Part shown: piece after piece, positions 48,980 to 64,000 of the stretch
Numbering within the stretch: the first letter of the stretch is position 1
Layout of the letters: every line of letters begins with the position of its first letter
DNA from: Paraphysomonas bandaiensis
Taxonomy: Eukaryota; Protista; Chrysophyceae
Length of the DNA stretch: 64,000 nt
Assembly (NCBI GenBank): GCA_965644295.1
Contig: CBFFRP010000001.1
Location: 1 to 64,000 of the forward strand
Direction: 5' to 3'
The notes under the pieces: model-generated
What the model was told of the DNA's origin: nothing
Seen by the model: the letters and a program-made list of their open reading frames with translations, nothing else
Databases searched by the model: none
Position numbers and translations under genes: made by a program

Positions 48980-49701
48980 TGATGGGTATAGTGTTTTTTT
49001 CTGTTGCGGGGCTGCTACGATAAGATCACGAGTGGCGGCTCTAACTAACGCTTGTACATATGTCGATATGTTTCTAATTCGAGGATATATTGGATTTTCC
49101 AAACTGTGAGGACTGTGTGTTGGAGTATTTTTGTGGCACGCTGGTTGTGTTTTATATATTAGTGGAGTTTTCGATTTTGTGGTACTGTCGTTCGAGTACT
49201 CTGCACAATGTCACCGACGACAATCCATATGTACTATATCCAGTATATTATAATTTTCGGTTGGTGTATACTAAATGTGATTAGCATATGCAGTGTGTAG
49301 TATTTGCTATTCCTGTTTCAAAGCTGACACTCAAAGTAATGTAAATAGTTTCTACGTCTGAGCAGTTTACGATGTTCGTTATTCAATTTTTGGCATGAAT
49401 AGAAATGGCACGGATCCAGTAGTATGTACACTCTTCGTATTTCTTCCTACCATACACACAGGACTTCCCTTATACCATAGAGTATAGAGAATTTTTTGAA
49501 GTGAAGGTATCATCAATCACCAACCAATAACCAATCTATTCATCTATACCTCTAGCAAACAATTTTTTAATGGTAAAAATGCGCATTTCCTACTGCTGGA
49601 GAAGATGATGACATAGCATATTCCCTAAATACAATAAAATCGACAAATTACATTCGCGTATGACGTTGTCCTGCGTTCTTAATTCTATGTGACATGAAGT
49701 A

Positions 49702-52096
49702 TGTCAAGTTATGACACAATTGGATGATTTACTAAGTTAACTGGACGTGTATTTACTCATGAATCAAGTTAAGATAAGAGAAGATTATAATAAATATAAT
49801 AAGCAATATATCACGTTATCTCTACTAACACTCATTTCTAGTACGATCTTACATCGTCATGATATCACTTCTCATAATACAGCTCATCACTACTGTATTC
49901 TCCAGTAACCGTCATAATTCCAATATCTTAGAATTACAGCTTTTAATTGCTCAAACAGCAAAACTCAACACTCCCTCTCAATTCAAAGCTGTACATTGAA
50001 TTGTCAAACCACGAGTCATAACTGACGGGCGGATACGCAACCACCAAGACCTCATGAGCTGTACATTGAATCTTCACATCGCAAGACATAATTGACGGAT
50101 ACTATGTAGATTGAATCCTCACATCACGAGACATAACTGATGGGTAGAATTACAGCTTTTAATTGCTCCAACAGCAAAACTCAACACTCCCTCTCAATTC
50201 AAAGCTGTAGATAGACTCTTCATATCACGAGACATAACTGACGGATACGCAACCACCAAAAAACCTCATAGGACAAACCGGTGGACGTATGACTCCGACG
50301 TTTCAGCAAGTCTCACCATAGACAACACATTGAAAGATCTTCTGTCTCTGATAACAGCACGTATGATTTCTTATCCTCGTCACTGAGATCAATCACACCA
50401 CATCATTCAACTTCAACGCTAAGTCGCGAGTGCTCTGGCTGTCAGGAAGAATGGAGTGGGTTCGTACAATCGAAGTCCCAGTTCGACCAACACCACCCCC
50501 CGAAGCCACACCAGATCCCGCATGCCAGCAGACATAGCCTGATACTTACATATTGAAACGAATCAACACAATTAACGAACATCGCATATATTATGCCTTG
50601 GTCTCTCTACAATTAGACATATTATTATGTTAGTTATTAGATACAGTCAATAATGTCATCACACAGATTGACAATCTCCTCATCATGGAGAAGGTTTACC
50701 TCACCCAGGGTGGACACACTAGTCAACACCCGTACGCTTACTCAGAAGGTACAGTCTCACAGACACGATTCACGCTGATCTCACTAGACTTAGTATACAC
50801 AGTATCACTAGGCAAAGTACGAAGGGACATTCTCTTCCCTGGAATCTCATCCGCCGTATAGACTTATTGGGCGTACCACCCGAAGCAGGCGTGTAGATGA
50901 AGATCCACCCCTTTTTTCATCACAAAAACGAGGTTTTTATAGTACAGTCGTCTCACTAGATACAACACACACAGTACCAACACAACTCTTACTGGTCTCC
51001 CTAGACGCAGTCGATGTGGTACATATACACATGTGTCTCATACACTGTTTTCACTGGTCTCTCTAGACGCAGTACATACACTACTCTCGGGCAGGTACTG
51101 AAGGACGACACAGTCCTTGACATCCTATCCGCCGTATGCTGGGCGTGTACCCCTAGCCGGCGTCGATAGCGAGTCACCTGCCCCATCGTCACGGGTCGCA
51201 GGATTTTTCGTACCACCATTGTGTATAATCGTTAGTCACATTCACAACATGCTAACATGGCAGTATCAAGTGCCCTCGAGGCTACTCTACTATTACACCA
51301 TTTTCCCGAACCACTTCTCAAGTAGCTCTAAGGATTAAGCCCTTATCCACATGATTCGAGCTTGTAAGATGGCTGAACTCTGCAACAGTTCGGGCTTGTA
51401 TGTCACCCTTGACCACAACCTCCTCAAGCTCATCATCGATAGCATTCCATCACATGAGGAGATGCTCTCATCTTATATAACACAATTAACACAACTCCTG
51501 ATCACTCGCACCCCCATCGATAGCACTACATCCCAATCCACACAATCAGACAAATTACTGAATCACCGTGCACACTCCATGCGCATGAGATATTCTGATA
51601 ATTATGCGGGTCTCTCCAGAGGGTTCATACATCATCAATCCAGTCTACTTTTTCTATCTTATGTTCGTATGAAAAACCCCGATTTTCAAAAATAATACTG
51701 GTTTTATATCCTATATACTATATACTGTATGTTTCTACTATACAAAAAGCAGTACTCCTGCTTCTCTGTCCAGTTCCATTCCAATGGTCACACTTCAGCA
51801 GTTGCTTCCAACTACCATCCGCTACCATGTCAAGTTATGACACAATTGGATGATTTACTAAGTTAACTGGACGTGTATTTACTCATGAATCAAGTTAAGA
51901 TAAGAGAAGATTATAATAAATATAATAAGCAATATATCACGTTATCTCTACTACCACTCATTTCTAGTACGATCTTACATCGTCATGATATCACTTCTCA
52001 TAATACAGCTCATCACTACTGTATTCTCCAGTAACCGTCATAATTCCAATATCTTAGAATTACAGCTTTTAATTGCTCAAACAGCAAAACTCAACA
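49702..52096 (-). mobile_element. Young non-autonomous Ty1/Copia-derived LTR element (269-bp LTRs at 49702-49970 and 51828-52096)
   Basis: TG..CA LTRs with one difference seen; AGTA duplicated on both flanks; PBS TGGTAGCGGATGG and PPT TTGAGAGGGAG on the minus strand; RNase H remnant YQAMSAGMRDLVWLRGV.VELG..PT..DSQS at ~50415-50545. Confidence 0.92.
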
Positions 52097-52278
52097 AGTA
52101 TTCGTGATGTAATAGGGTTGGCACTAGTTTATTACAATGATATTCATTTCAATTAAGCCGTTATTGGCAACATTGTAATTGTGTGAGGTGCTTATGTTGT
52201 GGCGTGCGAAGGTAGTCTATAGTAGCTTCTATGAAGATGTCTTAAAATTCCACTGCACCCAGTTATGAAGGTGATAGA

Positions 52279-52680
52279 TTACTTAATATGTGTACTAATA
52301 GTTTGTATTATCAACGGTTCTATTTGATGTACTTTATCCGCATGCTCCGGAGGCGTATTACAGCTAACGAAGCACTGAATATTAAATCGCTTCGCTATTC
52401 GTTGTCCCATCGCAGCTCCATACTCCTCATTCGCATCCTCATTACGTATTAAAGATGAGCTGAGAGGGGTCGAGACGTATTTAGTTGGCATTGATACTAC
52501 TAAAGATTGAAATAGAGGGGGGCTCTGATCGGATCCTATCCATATTATGCAACTGTTAGTTAAGAATGTTATGTTAACGTGTAGTTTCATATCTCCCACC
52601 AGAGAGGAGAACTTTTGAATGTTAATGGAGTTAGAGGGGATAGATGGTTGAGTTTCGGTAGTGGATGTGTCTTCATTCAT
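52279..52680 (-). CDS. PSMG4: Proteasome assembly chaperone 4 (PAC4)
   Basis: NSCIIWIG..LVVSMPTKY.STPLSSSLI..MGQRIAKRFNIQCFVSCN; ~133 aa, single exon. Confidence 0.85.
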   Translation of the reverse strand: MNEDTSTTETQPSIPSNSINIQKFSSLVGDMKLHVNITFLTNSCIIWIGSDQSPPLFQSLVVSMPTKYVSTPLSSSLIRNEDANEEYGAAMGQRIAKRFNIQCFVSCNTPPEHADKVHQIEPLIIQTISTHIK

Positions 52681-52806
52681 GTTCACTGTGATGTAATTAA
52701 CTGGTGTGCTCGACACAACTATATGTATATATGTGTGTGTGATAGCAATGCAATAACGCTGATTCAGAGGCATGATTGCGGGATAGTTTCTACATGCACA
52801 CTGCTG

Positions 52807-53038
52807 CTATGTGTACTTATCTATCACTCTATGCGTACTTATCTATCACTCTATGTGTACTTATCTAACACTCTATGTGTACTTCTCTATCACTCTGTGT
52901 GTACTTATCTATCACTCTATGTGTACTTTATGTGTACTTATCTATCACTCTATGTGTACTTATCTATCACTCTATGTGTACTTTATGTGTACTTATCTAT
53001 CACTTTATGCGTACTTATCTATCACTCTATATGTACTT
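52807..53038. repeat. 22-bp minisatellite (CTATGTGTACTTATCTATCACT)n in a divergent promoter region
   Basis: About 10 units; a short (CCATA)n follows at ~53117-53150. Confidence 0.9.
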
Positions 53039-53296
53039 GTCTTTGTCACATCTCTTCCTCATCATCAGCAGTTAACCATATGACAATCTCAGAGCACTGA
53101 TAGGAACTGCTTGCACACCATACACCATACCATACCATACCATACCATACATATGCATACATGTACTTCGTATTATACACTCTCCGCATATATACAGCAG
53201 CACTCTGTGTCTATGTCTACATATCCACACACATATCCACATCATCTCGACTCCACGTACATATCTAACCAACCACCTCTCTCTCACATAATATCA

Positions 53297-53530
53297 ATGC
53301 CCCCCCGTCGAGTGTTTGTAGTGGGTGGATCAGTGACTCGGTTTATAGGGTCTCGTCATCCAGATTTCATTAATAAGAAACATCCCCAATATGGGATACT
53401 GAATAACCCGGACTTGGAGCACTACATCGACAGAGCTGTTAATGACACCATGAGCGTTACCGGGGTACCTGCAGAAGCGATTGAGAAAGCGTGGATTGGT
53501 AACTTTGCGGGAGAGTTGTTTTGTCAGCAG
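53297..53530 (+). CDS. Exon 1 of an SCP2-type thiolase (acetyl-CoA acyltransferase)
   Basis: RVFVVGG..FIG..HPDFI.KKHP..NPDLE..IGNFAGELFCQQ, then a CAG|GTACAT donor. The expected GHLG continuation is not in the window. Confidence 0.85.
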
Positions 53531-53589
53531 GTACATCCCTCGCATCTACATACAGATACACAGACAGATACATGAATATATACACAACA

Positions 53590-56500
53590 CTAATCTTATA
53601 TACACATATCTTATATGCACATATCTTATATACACATATCTTATATAGACATATCTTATATGCACATATCTTATATACACATATCTTATATACACATATC
53701 TTATATGCACATATCTTATATACACATATCTTATATAGACATATCTTATATGCACATATCTTATATAGACATATCTTATATACATCACACTAATCTTATA
53801 TGCACATATCTTATATAGACATATCTTATATGCACATATCTTATATGCACATATCTTATATGCACATATCTTATATGCACATATCTTATATACACATATC
53901 TTATATACACATATCTTATATGCACATATCTTATATACACATATCTTATATAGACATATCTTATATGCACATATCTTATATAGACATATCTTATATACAT
54001 CACACTAATCTTATATGCACATATCTTATATAGACATATCTTATATGCACATATCTTATATAGACATATCTTATATGCACATATCTTATATGCACATATC
54101 TTATATACACATATCTTATATACACATATCTTATATGCACATATCTTATATACACATATCTTATATAGACATATCTTATATGCACATATCTTATATGCAC
54201 ATATCTTATATAGACATATCTTATATGCACATATCTTATATAGACATATCTTATATGCACATATCTTATATACACATATCTTATATGCACATATCTTATA
54301 TAGACATATCTTATATACACATATCTTATATACACAACACTAATCTTATATGCACATATCTTATATGCACATATCTTATATACACATATCTTATATGCAC
54401 ATATCTTATATGCACATATCTTATATACACATATCTTATATGCACATATCTTATATACACATATCTTATATACACATATCTTATATACATCACACTAATC
54501 TTATATGCACATATCTTATATGCACATATCTTATATACACATATCTTATATGCACATATCTTATATACACATATCTTATATAGACATATCTTATATGCAC
54601 ATATCTTATATACACATATCTTATATGCACATATCTTATATACACATATCTTATATGCACATATCTTATATGCACATATCTTATATACACATATCTTATA
54701 TGCACATATCTTATATACACATATCTTATATACATCACACTAATCTTATATGCACATATCTTATATACACATATCTTATATACATCACACTAATCTTATA
54801 TGCACATATCTTATATACATCACACTAATCTTATATGCACATATCTTATATGCACATATCTTATATACACATATCTTGTGTACATCACACTAATCTTATA
54901 TGCACATATCTTATATGCACATAGCTTATATACACATATCTTATATACATCACACTAATCTTATATGCACATATCTTATATACACATATCTTATATGCAC
55001 ATATCTTATATACACATATCTTATATACACATATCTTATATGCACATATCTTATATACACATATCTTATATGCACATATCTTATATGCACATATCTTATA
55101 TGCACATATCTTATATAGACATATCTTTTATACACATCTCTTACATGCACATATCTTATATACACATATCTTATATACATCACACTAATCTTATATGCAC
55201 ATATCTTATATACACATATCTTATATGCACATATCTTATATACACTAATCTTATATGCACATATCTTATATACATCACACTAATCTTATATGCACATATC
55301 TTTTATGCACATATCTTATATACACATATCTTATGTACATCACACTAATCTTATATGCACATATCTTATATGCACATATCTTATATGCACATATCTTGTA
55401 TAGACATATCTTATATACACATATCTTATATGCACATCTCTTATATACACATATCTTATATACACATATCTTATATGCACATATCTTATATGCACATATC
55501 TTATATACACATATCTTATATACACTAATCTGATATGCACATATCTTATATACATCATACTAATCTTATATGCACATATTTTTTATGCACATATCTTATA
55601 TACACATATCTTATATGCACATATCTTATATACACATATCTTATATACATCACACTAATCTTATATGCACATATCTTATATACACATATCTTATATACAT
55701 CACACTAATCTTATATGCACATATCTTATATACACATATCTTATATACATCACACTAATCTTATATGCACATATCTTATATACACATATCTTATATACAT
55801 CACACATATCTTATATGCACATATCTTATATGCACATAGCTTATATACACATATCTTATATACACATATCTTATATACATCACACTAATCTTATATGCAC
55901 ATATCTTATATACACATATCTTATATGCACATATCTTATATACACATATCTTATATACACATATCTTATATACACATATCTTATATGCACATATCTTATA
56001 TACACATATCTTATATAGACATATCTTATATACACATATCTTATATGCACATCTCTTATATACACATATCTTATATACACATATCTTATATGCACATATC
56101 TTATATGCACATATCTTATATACACATATCTTATATACACTAATCTGATATGCACATATCTTATATACACATATCTTATATACACATATCTTATATACAC
56201 ATATCTTATATACACTAATCTGATATGCACATATCTTATATACACATATCTTATATGCACATATCTTATACACACATATCTTATATACGCATATCTTATA
56301 TGCACATATCTTATATACACATATCTTATATACATCACACTAATCTTATATGCACATATCTTATATACACATATCTTATATACATCACACTAATCTTATA
56401 TGCACATATCTTATATACACATATCTTATATACATCACACATATCTTATATGCACATATCTTATATGCACATATCTTATATGCACATAGCTTATATACAC

Positions 56501-59500
56501 ATATCTTATATACACATATCTTATATACATCACACTAATCTTATATGCACATATCTTATATACACATATCTTATATGCACATATCTTATATACACATATC
56601 TTATATACACATATCTTATATACACATATCTTATATGCACATATCTTATATACACATATCTTATATAGACATATCTTATATACACATATCTTATATGCAC
56701 ATATCTTATATGCACATATCTTATATGCACATATCTTATATAGACATATCTTATATACACATATCTTATATGCACATATCTTATATACACATATCTTATA
56801 TACATCACACTAATCTTTTATGCACATATCTTATATACACATATCTTATATACACATATCTTATATACACTAATCTTATATGCACATATCTTATATACAC
56901 ATATCTTATATGCACATATCTTTTATGCACATATCTTATATACACATGTCTTATGTACATCACACTAATCTTATATGCACATATCTTATATAGACATATC
57001 TTATATACACATCTCTTATATGCACATATCTTATATACACATATCTTATATGCACATATCTTATATGCACATATCTTATATACACATATCTTATATACAC
57101 ATATCTTATATACACATATCTTATATACACATATCTTATATACACATATCTTATATGCACATATCTTATATACACATATCTTATATGCACATATCTTATA
57201 TACACATATCTTATATGCACATATCTTATATGCACATATCTTATATGCACATATCTTATATAGACATATCTTATATGCACATCTCTTATATGCACATATC
57301 TTATATACACATATCTTATATACATCACACTAATCTTTTATGCACATATCTTATATACACATATCTTATATACACATATCTTATATACACTAATCTTATA
57401 TGCACATATCTTATATACACATATCTTATATGCACATATCTTTTATGCACATATCTTATATACACATGTCTTATGTACATCACACTAATCTTATATGCAC
57501 ATATCTTATATAGACATATCTTATATACACATCTCTTATATGCACATATCTTATATACACATATCTTATATGCACATATCTTATATGCACATATCTTATA
57601 TACACATATCTTATATACACATATCTTATATACACATATCTTATATACACATATCTTATATACACATATCTTATATGCACATATCTTATATACACATATC
57701 TTATATGCACATATCTTATATACACATATCTTATATGCACATATCTTATATGCACATATCTTATATGCACATATCTTATATAGACATATCTTATATGCAC
57801 ATCTCTTATATGCACATATCTTATATACACATATCTTATATACATCACACTAATCTTTTATGCACATATCTTATATACACATATCTTATATACACATATC
57901 TTATATACACTAATCTTATATGCACATATCTTATATACACATATCTTATATGCACATATCTTTTATGCACATATCTTATATACACATGTCTTATGTACAT
58001 CACACTAATCTTATATGCACATATCTTATATAGACATATCTTATATACACATCTCTTATATGCACATATCTTATATACACATATCTTATATACACATATC
58101 TTATATACACATATCTTATATGCACATATCTTATATACATCACACTAATCTTATATGCACATATCTTTTATGCACATATCTTATATACACATATCTTATG
58201 TACATCACACTAATCTTATATGCACATATCTTATATGCACATATCTTATATACACATATCTTATATGCACATATCTTATATGCACATATCTTATGTACAC
58301 ATATCTTATATACACTAATCTGGTATGCACATATCTTATATACATCATACTAATCTTATATGCACATATCTTTTATGCACATATCTTATATACGCATATC
58401 TTATATGCACATATCTTATATACACATATCTTATATACATCACACTAATCTTATATGCACATATCTTATATACACATATCTTATATACATCACACTAATC
58501 TTATATGCACATATCTTATATACACATATCTTATATACATCACACATATCTTATATGCACATATCTTATATGCACATATCTTATATGCACATAGCTTATA
58601 TACACATATCTTATATACACATATCTTATATGCACATATCTTATATGCACATATCTTATATACACATATCTTATATGCACATATCTTTTATGCACATATC
58701 TTATATACACATGTCTTATGTACATCACACTAATCTTATATGCACATATCTTATATAGACATATCTTATATACACATCTCTTATATGCACATATCTTATA
58801 TACACATATCTTATATGCACATATCTTATATGCACATATCTTATATACACATATCTTATATACACATATCTTATATACACATATCTTATATACACATATC
58901 TTATATACACATATCTTATATGCACATATCTTATATACACATATCTTATATGCACATATCTTATATACACATATCTTATATGCACATATCTTATATGCAC
59001 ATATCTTATATGCACATATCTTATATAGACATATCTTATATGCACATCTCTTATATGCACATATCTTATATACACATATCTTATATACATCACACTAATC
59101 TTTTATGCACATATCTTATATACACATATCTTATATACACATATCTTATATACACTAATCTTATATGCACATATCTTATATACACATATCTTATATGCAC
59201 ATATCTTTTATGCACATATCTTATATACACATGTCTTATGTACATCACACTAATCTTATATGCACATATCTTATATAGACATATCTTATATACACATCTC
59301 TTATATGCACATATCTTATATACACATATCTTATATACACATATCTTATATACACATATCTTATATGCACATATCTTATATACACATATCTTATATACAC
59401 ATATCTTATATACACATATCTTATATACACATATCTTATATACACATATCTTATATGCACATATCTTATATACACATATCTTATATGCACATATCTTATA

Positions 59501-62500
59501 TACACATATCTTATATGCACATATCTTATATGCACATATCTTATATGCACATATCTTATATAGACATATCTTATATGCACATCTCTTATATGCACATATC
59601 TTATATACACATATCTTATATACATCACACTAATCTTTTATGCACATATCTTATATACACATATCTTATATACACATATCTTATATACACTAATCTTATA
59701 TGCACATATCTTATATACACATATCTTATATGCACATATCTTTTATGCACATATCTTATATACACATGTCTTATGTACATCACACTAATCTTATATGCAC
59801 ATATCTTATATAGACATATCTTATATACACATCTCTTATATGCACATATCTTATATACACATATCTTATATACACATATCTTATATACACATATCTTATA
59901 TGCACATATCTTATATACATCACACTAATCTTATATGCACATATCTTTTATGCACATATCTTATATACACATATCTTATGTACATCACACTAATCTTATA
60001 TGCACATATCTTATATGCACATATCTTATATACACATATCTTATATGCACATATCTTATATGCACATATCTTATGTACACATATCTTATATACACTAATC
60101 TGGTATGCACATATCTTATATACATCATACTAATCTTATATGCACATATCTTTTATGCACATATCTTATATACGCATATCTTATATGCACATATCTTATA
60201 TACACATATCTTATATACATCACACTAATCTTATATGCACATATCTTATATACACATATCTTATATACATCACACTAATCTTATATGCACATATCTTATA
60301 TACACATATCTTATATACATCACACATATCTTATATGCACATATCTTATATGCACATATCTTATATGCACATAGCTTATATACACATATCTTATATACAC
60401 ATATCTTATATGCACATATCTTATATGCACATATCTTATATACACATATCTTATATGCACATATCTTATATACACATATCTTATATACACATATCTTATA
60501 TACACATATCTTATATACACATATCTTATATACACATATCTTATATGCACATATCTTATATACACATATCTTATATAGACATATCTTATATACACATATC
60601 TTATATACACTAATCTGATATGCACATATCTTATATACACATATCTTATATACACATATCTTATATACACATATCTTATATACACTAATCTGATATGCAC
60701 ATATCTTATATACACATATCTTATATGCACATATCTTATACACACATATCTTATATACGCATATCTTATATGCACATATCTTATATACACATATCTTATA
60801 TACATCACACTAATCTTATATGCACATATCTTATATACACATATCTTATATACATCACACTAATCTTATATGCACATATCTTATATACACATATCTTATA
60901 TACATCACACATATCTTATATGCACATATCTTATATGCACATATCTTATATGCACATAGCTTATATACACATATCTTATATACACATATCTTATATACAT
61001 CACACTAATCTTATATGCACATATCTTATATACACATATCTTATATGCACATATCTTATATACACATATCTTATATACACATATCTTATATACACATATC
61101 TTATATGCACATATCTTATATACACATATCTTATATAGACATATCTTATATACACATATCTTATATGCACATATCTTATATGCACATATCTTATATGCAC
61201 ATATCTTATATAGACATATCTTATATACACATCTCTTATATGCACATATCTTATATACACATATCTTATATACATCACACTAATCTTTTATGCACATATC
61301 TTATATACACATATCTTATATACACATATCTTATATACACTAATCTTATATGCACATATCTTATATACACATATCTTATATGCACATATCTTTTATGCAC
61401 ATATCTTATATACACATGTCTTATGTACATCACACTAATCTTATATGCACATATCTTATATAGACATATCTTATATACACATCTCTTATATGCACATATC
61501 TTATATACACATATCTTATATGCACATATCTTATATGCACATATCTTATATACACATATCTTATATACACATATCTTATATACACATATCTTATATGCAC
61601 ATATCTTATATACATCACACTAATCTTATATGCACATATCTTTTATGCACATATCTTATATACACATATCTTATGTACATCACACTAATCTTATATGCAC
61701 ATATCTTATATGCACATATCTTATATACACATATCTTATATGCACATATCTTATATGCACATATCTTATGTACACATATCTTATATACACTAATCTGGTA
61801 TGCACATATCTTATATACATCATACTAATCTTATATGCACATATCTTTTATGCACATATCTTATATACGCATATCTTATATGCACATATCTTATATACAC
61901 ATATCTTATATACATCACACTAATCTTATATGCACATATCTTATATACACATATCTTATATGCACATATCTTATATGCACATATCTTATGTACACATATC
62001 TTATATACACTAATCTGGTATGCACATATCTTATATACATCATACTAATCTTATATGCACATATCTTTTATGCACATATCTTATATACGCATATCTTATA
62101 TGCACATATCTTATATACACATATCTTATATACATCACACTAATCTTATATGCACATATCTTATATACACATATCTTATATACATCACACTAATCTTATA
62201 TGCACATATCTTATATACACATATCTTATATACATCACACATATCTTATATGCACATATCTTATATGCACATATCTTATATGCACATAGCTTATATACAC
62301 ATATCTTATATACACATATCTTATATACATCACACTAATCTTATATACACATATCTTATATGCACATATCTTATATGCACATATCTTATATGCACATATC
62401 TTATATAGACATATCTTATATACACATCTCTTAAATGCACATATCTTATATACACATATCTTATATACATCACACTAATCTTTTATGCACATATCTTATA

Positions 62501-64000
62501 TACACATATCTTATATACACATATCTTATATACACTAATCTTATATGCACATATCTTATATACACATATCTTATATGCACATATCTTTTATGCACATATC
62601 TTATATACACATGTCTTACGTACATCACACTAATCTTATATGCACATATCTTATATGCACATATCTTATATGCACATAGCTTATATACACATATCTTATA
62701 TACACATATCTTATATACATCACACTAATCTTATATGCACATATCTTATATACACATATCTTATATGCACATATCTTATATACACATATCTTATATACAC
62801 ATATCTTATATACACATATCTTATATGCACATATCTTATATACACATATCTTATATAGACATATCTTATATACACATATCTTATATGCACATATCTTATA
62901 TGCACATATCTTATATGCACATATCTTATATACACATCTCTTAAATGCACATATCTTATATACACATATCTTATATACATCACACTAATCTTTTATGCAC
63001 ATATCTTATATACACATATCTTATATACACATATCTTATATACACTAATCTTATATGCACATATCTTATATACACATATCTTATATGCACATATCTTTTA
63101 TGCACATATCTTATATACACATGTCTTATGTACATCACACTAATCTTATATGCACATATCTTATATACACTAATCTTATATGCACATATCTTATATACAC
63201 ATATCTTATATACACATATCTTATATGCACATATCTTATATACATCACACTAATCTTATATGCACATATCTTTTATGCACATATCTTATATACACATATC
63301 TTATGTACATCACACTAATCTTATATGCACATATCTTATATGCACATATCTTATATACACATATCTTATATACATCACACTAATCTTATATGCACTTATC
63401 TTATATACACATATCTTATATGCATCACACTAATCTTATATGCACATATCTTATATACACATATCTTATATGCACATATCTTATATACACATATCTTATA
63501 TACACATATCTTATATGCACATATCTTATATACGCATATCTTAATATACACATATCTTATATACACATATCTTATATAGACATATCTTATATACACATAT
63601 CTTATATACACATATCTTATATGCACATATCTTATATACACATATCTTATATACACATATCTTATATGCACATATCTTATATGCACATATCTTATATAGA
63701 CATATCTTATATACACATATCCTATATGCACATATCTTATATACACATATCTTATATACATCACACTAATCTTATATACACATATCTTATATACACATAT
63801 CTTATATACGCATATCTTATATACATCACACTAATCTTATATGCACATATCTTATATGCACATATCTTATATACACATATCTTATATACACATATCTTAT
63901 ATGCACATATCTTATATGCACATATCTTATATAGACATATCTTATATACACATATCCTATATGCACATATCTTATATACACATATCTTATATACATCACA
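53590..64000. repeat. 15-bp satellite (ATATCTTATATRCAC)n with 20-bp variant units and higher-order repeats, >10.4 kb
   Basis: Directly visible; runs off the window end. Confidence 0.99.

Noticed and set aside
52807-53038. CRISPR-like array
   Set aside because: No unique spacers, eukaryotic context, no cas genes.
53521-64000. Dozens of ORFs such as MHISYIHISY / YTHIL / YIRYV
   Set aside because: Translations of a stop-poor satellite; no coding evidence.

Overview
Gene-dense eukaryotic nuclear DNA with mostly ~45-60 bp GT-AG introns. Gene content and TTAGGG-type repeats suggest a stramenopile/ochrophyte protist (inference). Twelve host genes are visible: RING/PHD protein, TMTC-like O-mannosyltransferase, DUF1254-DUF1214 fusion, SLC4/BOR anion transporter, B-box/WW/SAM protein, ARM-repeat protein, PH-EDR2_C protein, GRAM-VASt protein, divergent E1 (UBA1-like), F-box/ankyrin/PHD protein, PSMG4, and exon 1 of an SCP2-type thiolase whose first intron is a >10 kb 15-bp satellite. 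Intergenic DNA holds a Gypsy-like protease relic, a hAT relic, a young non-autonomous Copia element and several tandem repeats. The main finding is a dispersed ~480 bp non-coding retroelement family. Its 5' head has most of the topology of an HDV-like self-cleaving ribozyme (P2, P3/L3, P4 and J4/2 'CTAA', with compensatory changes between copies; P1 imperfect). Its 3' end is shared with a LINE whose ORF ends in PKGRPPDQ. Copies lie only downstream of gene 3' ends and often back-to-back. All calls are by eye; exon boundaries and coordinates are approximate.
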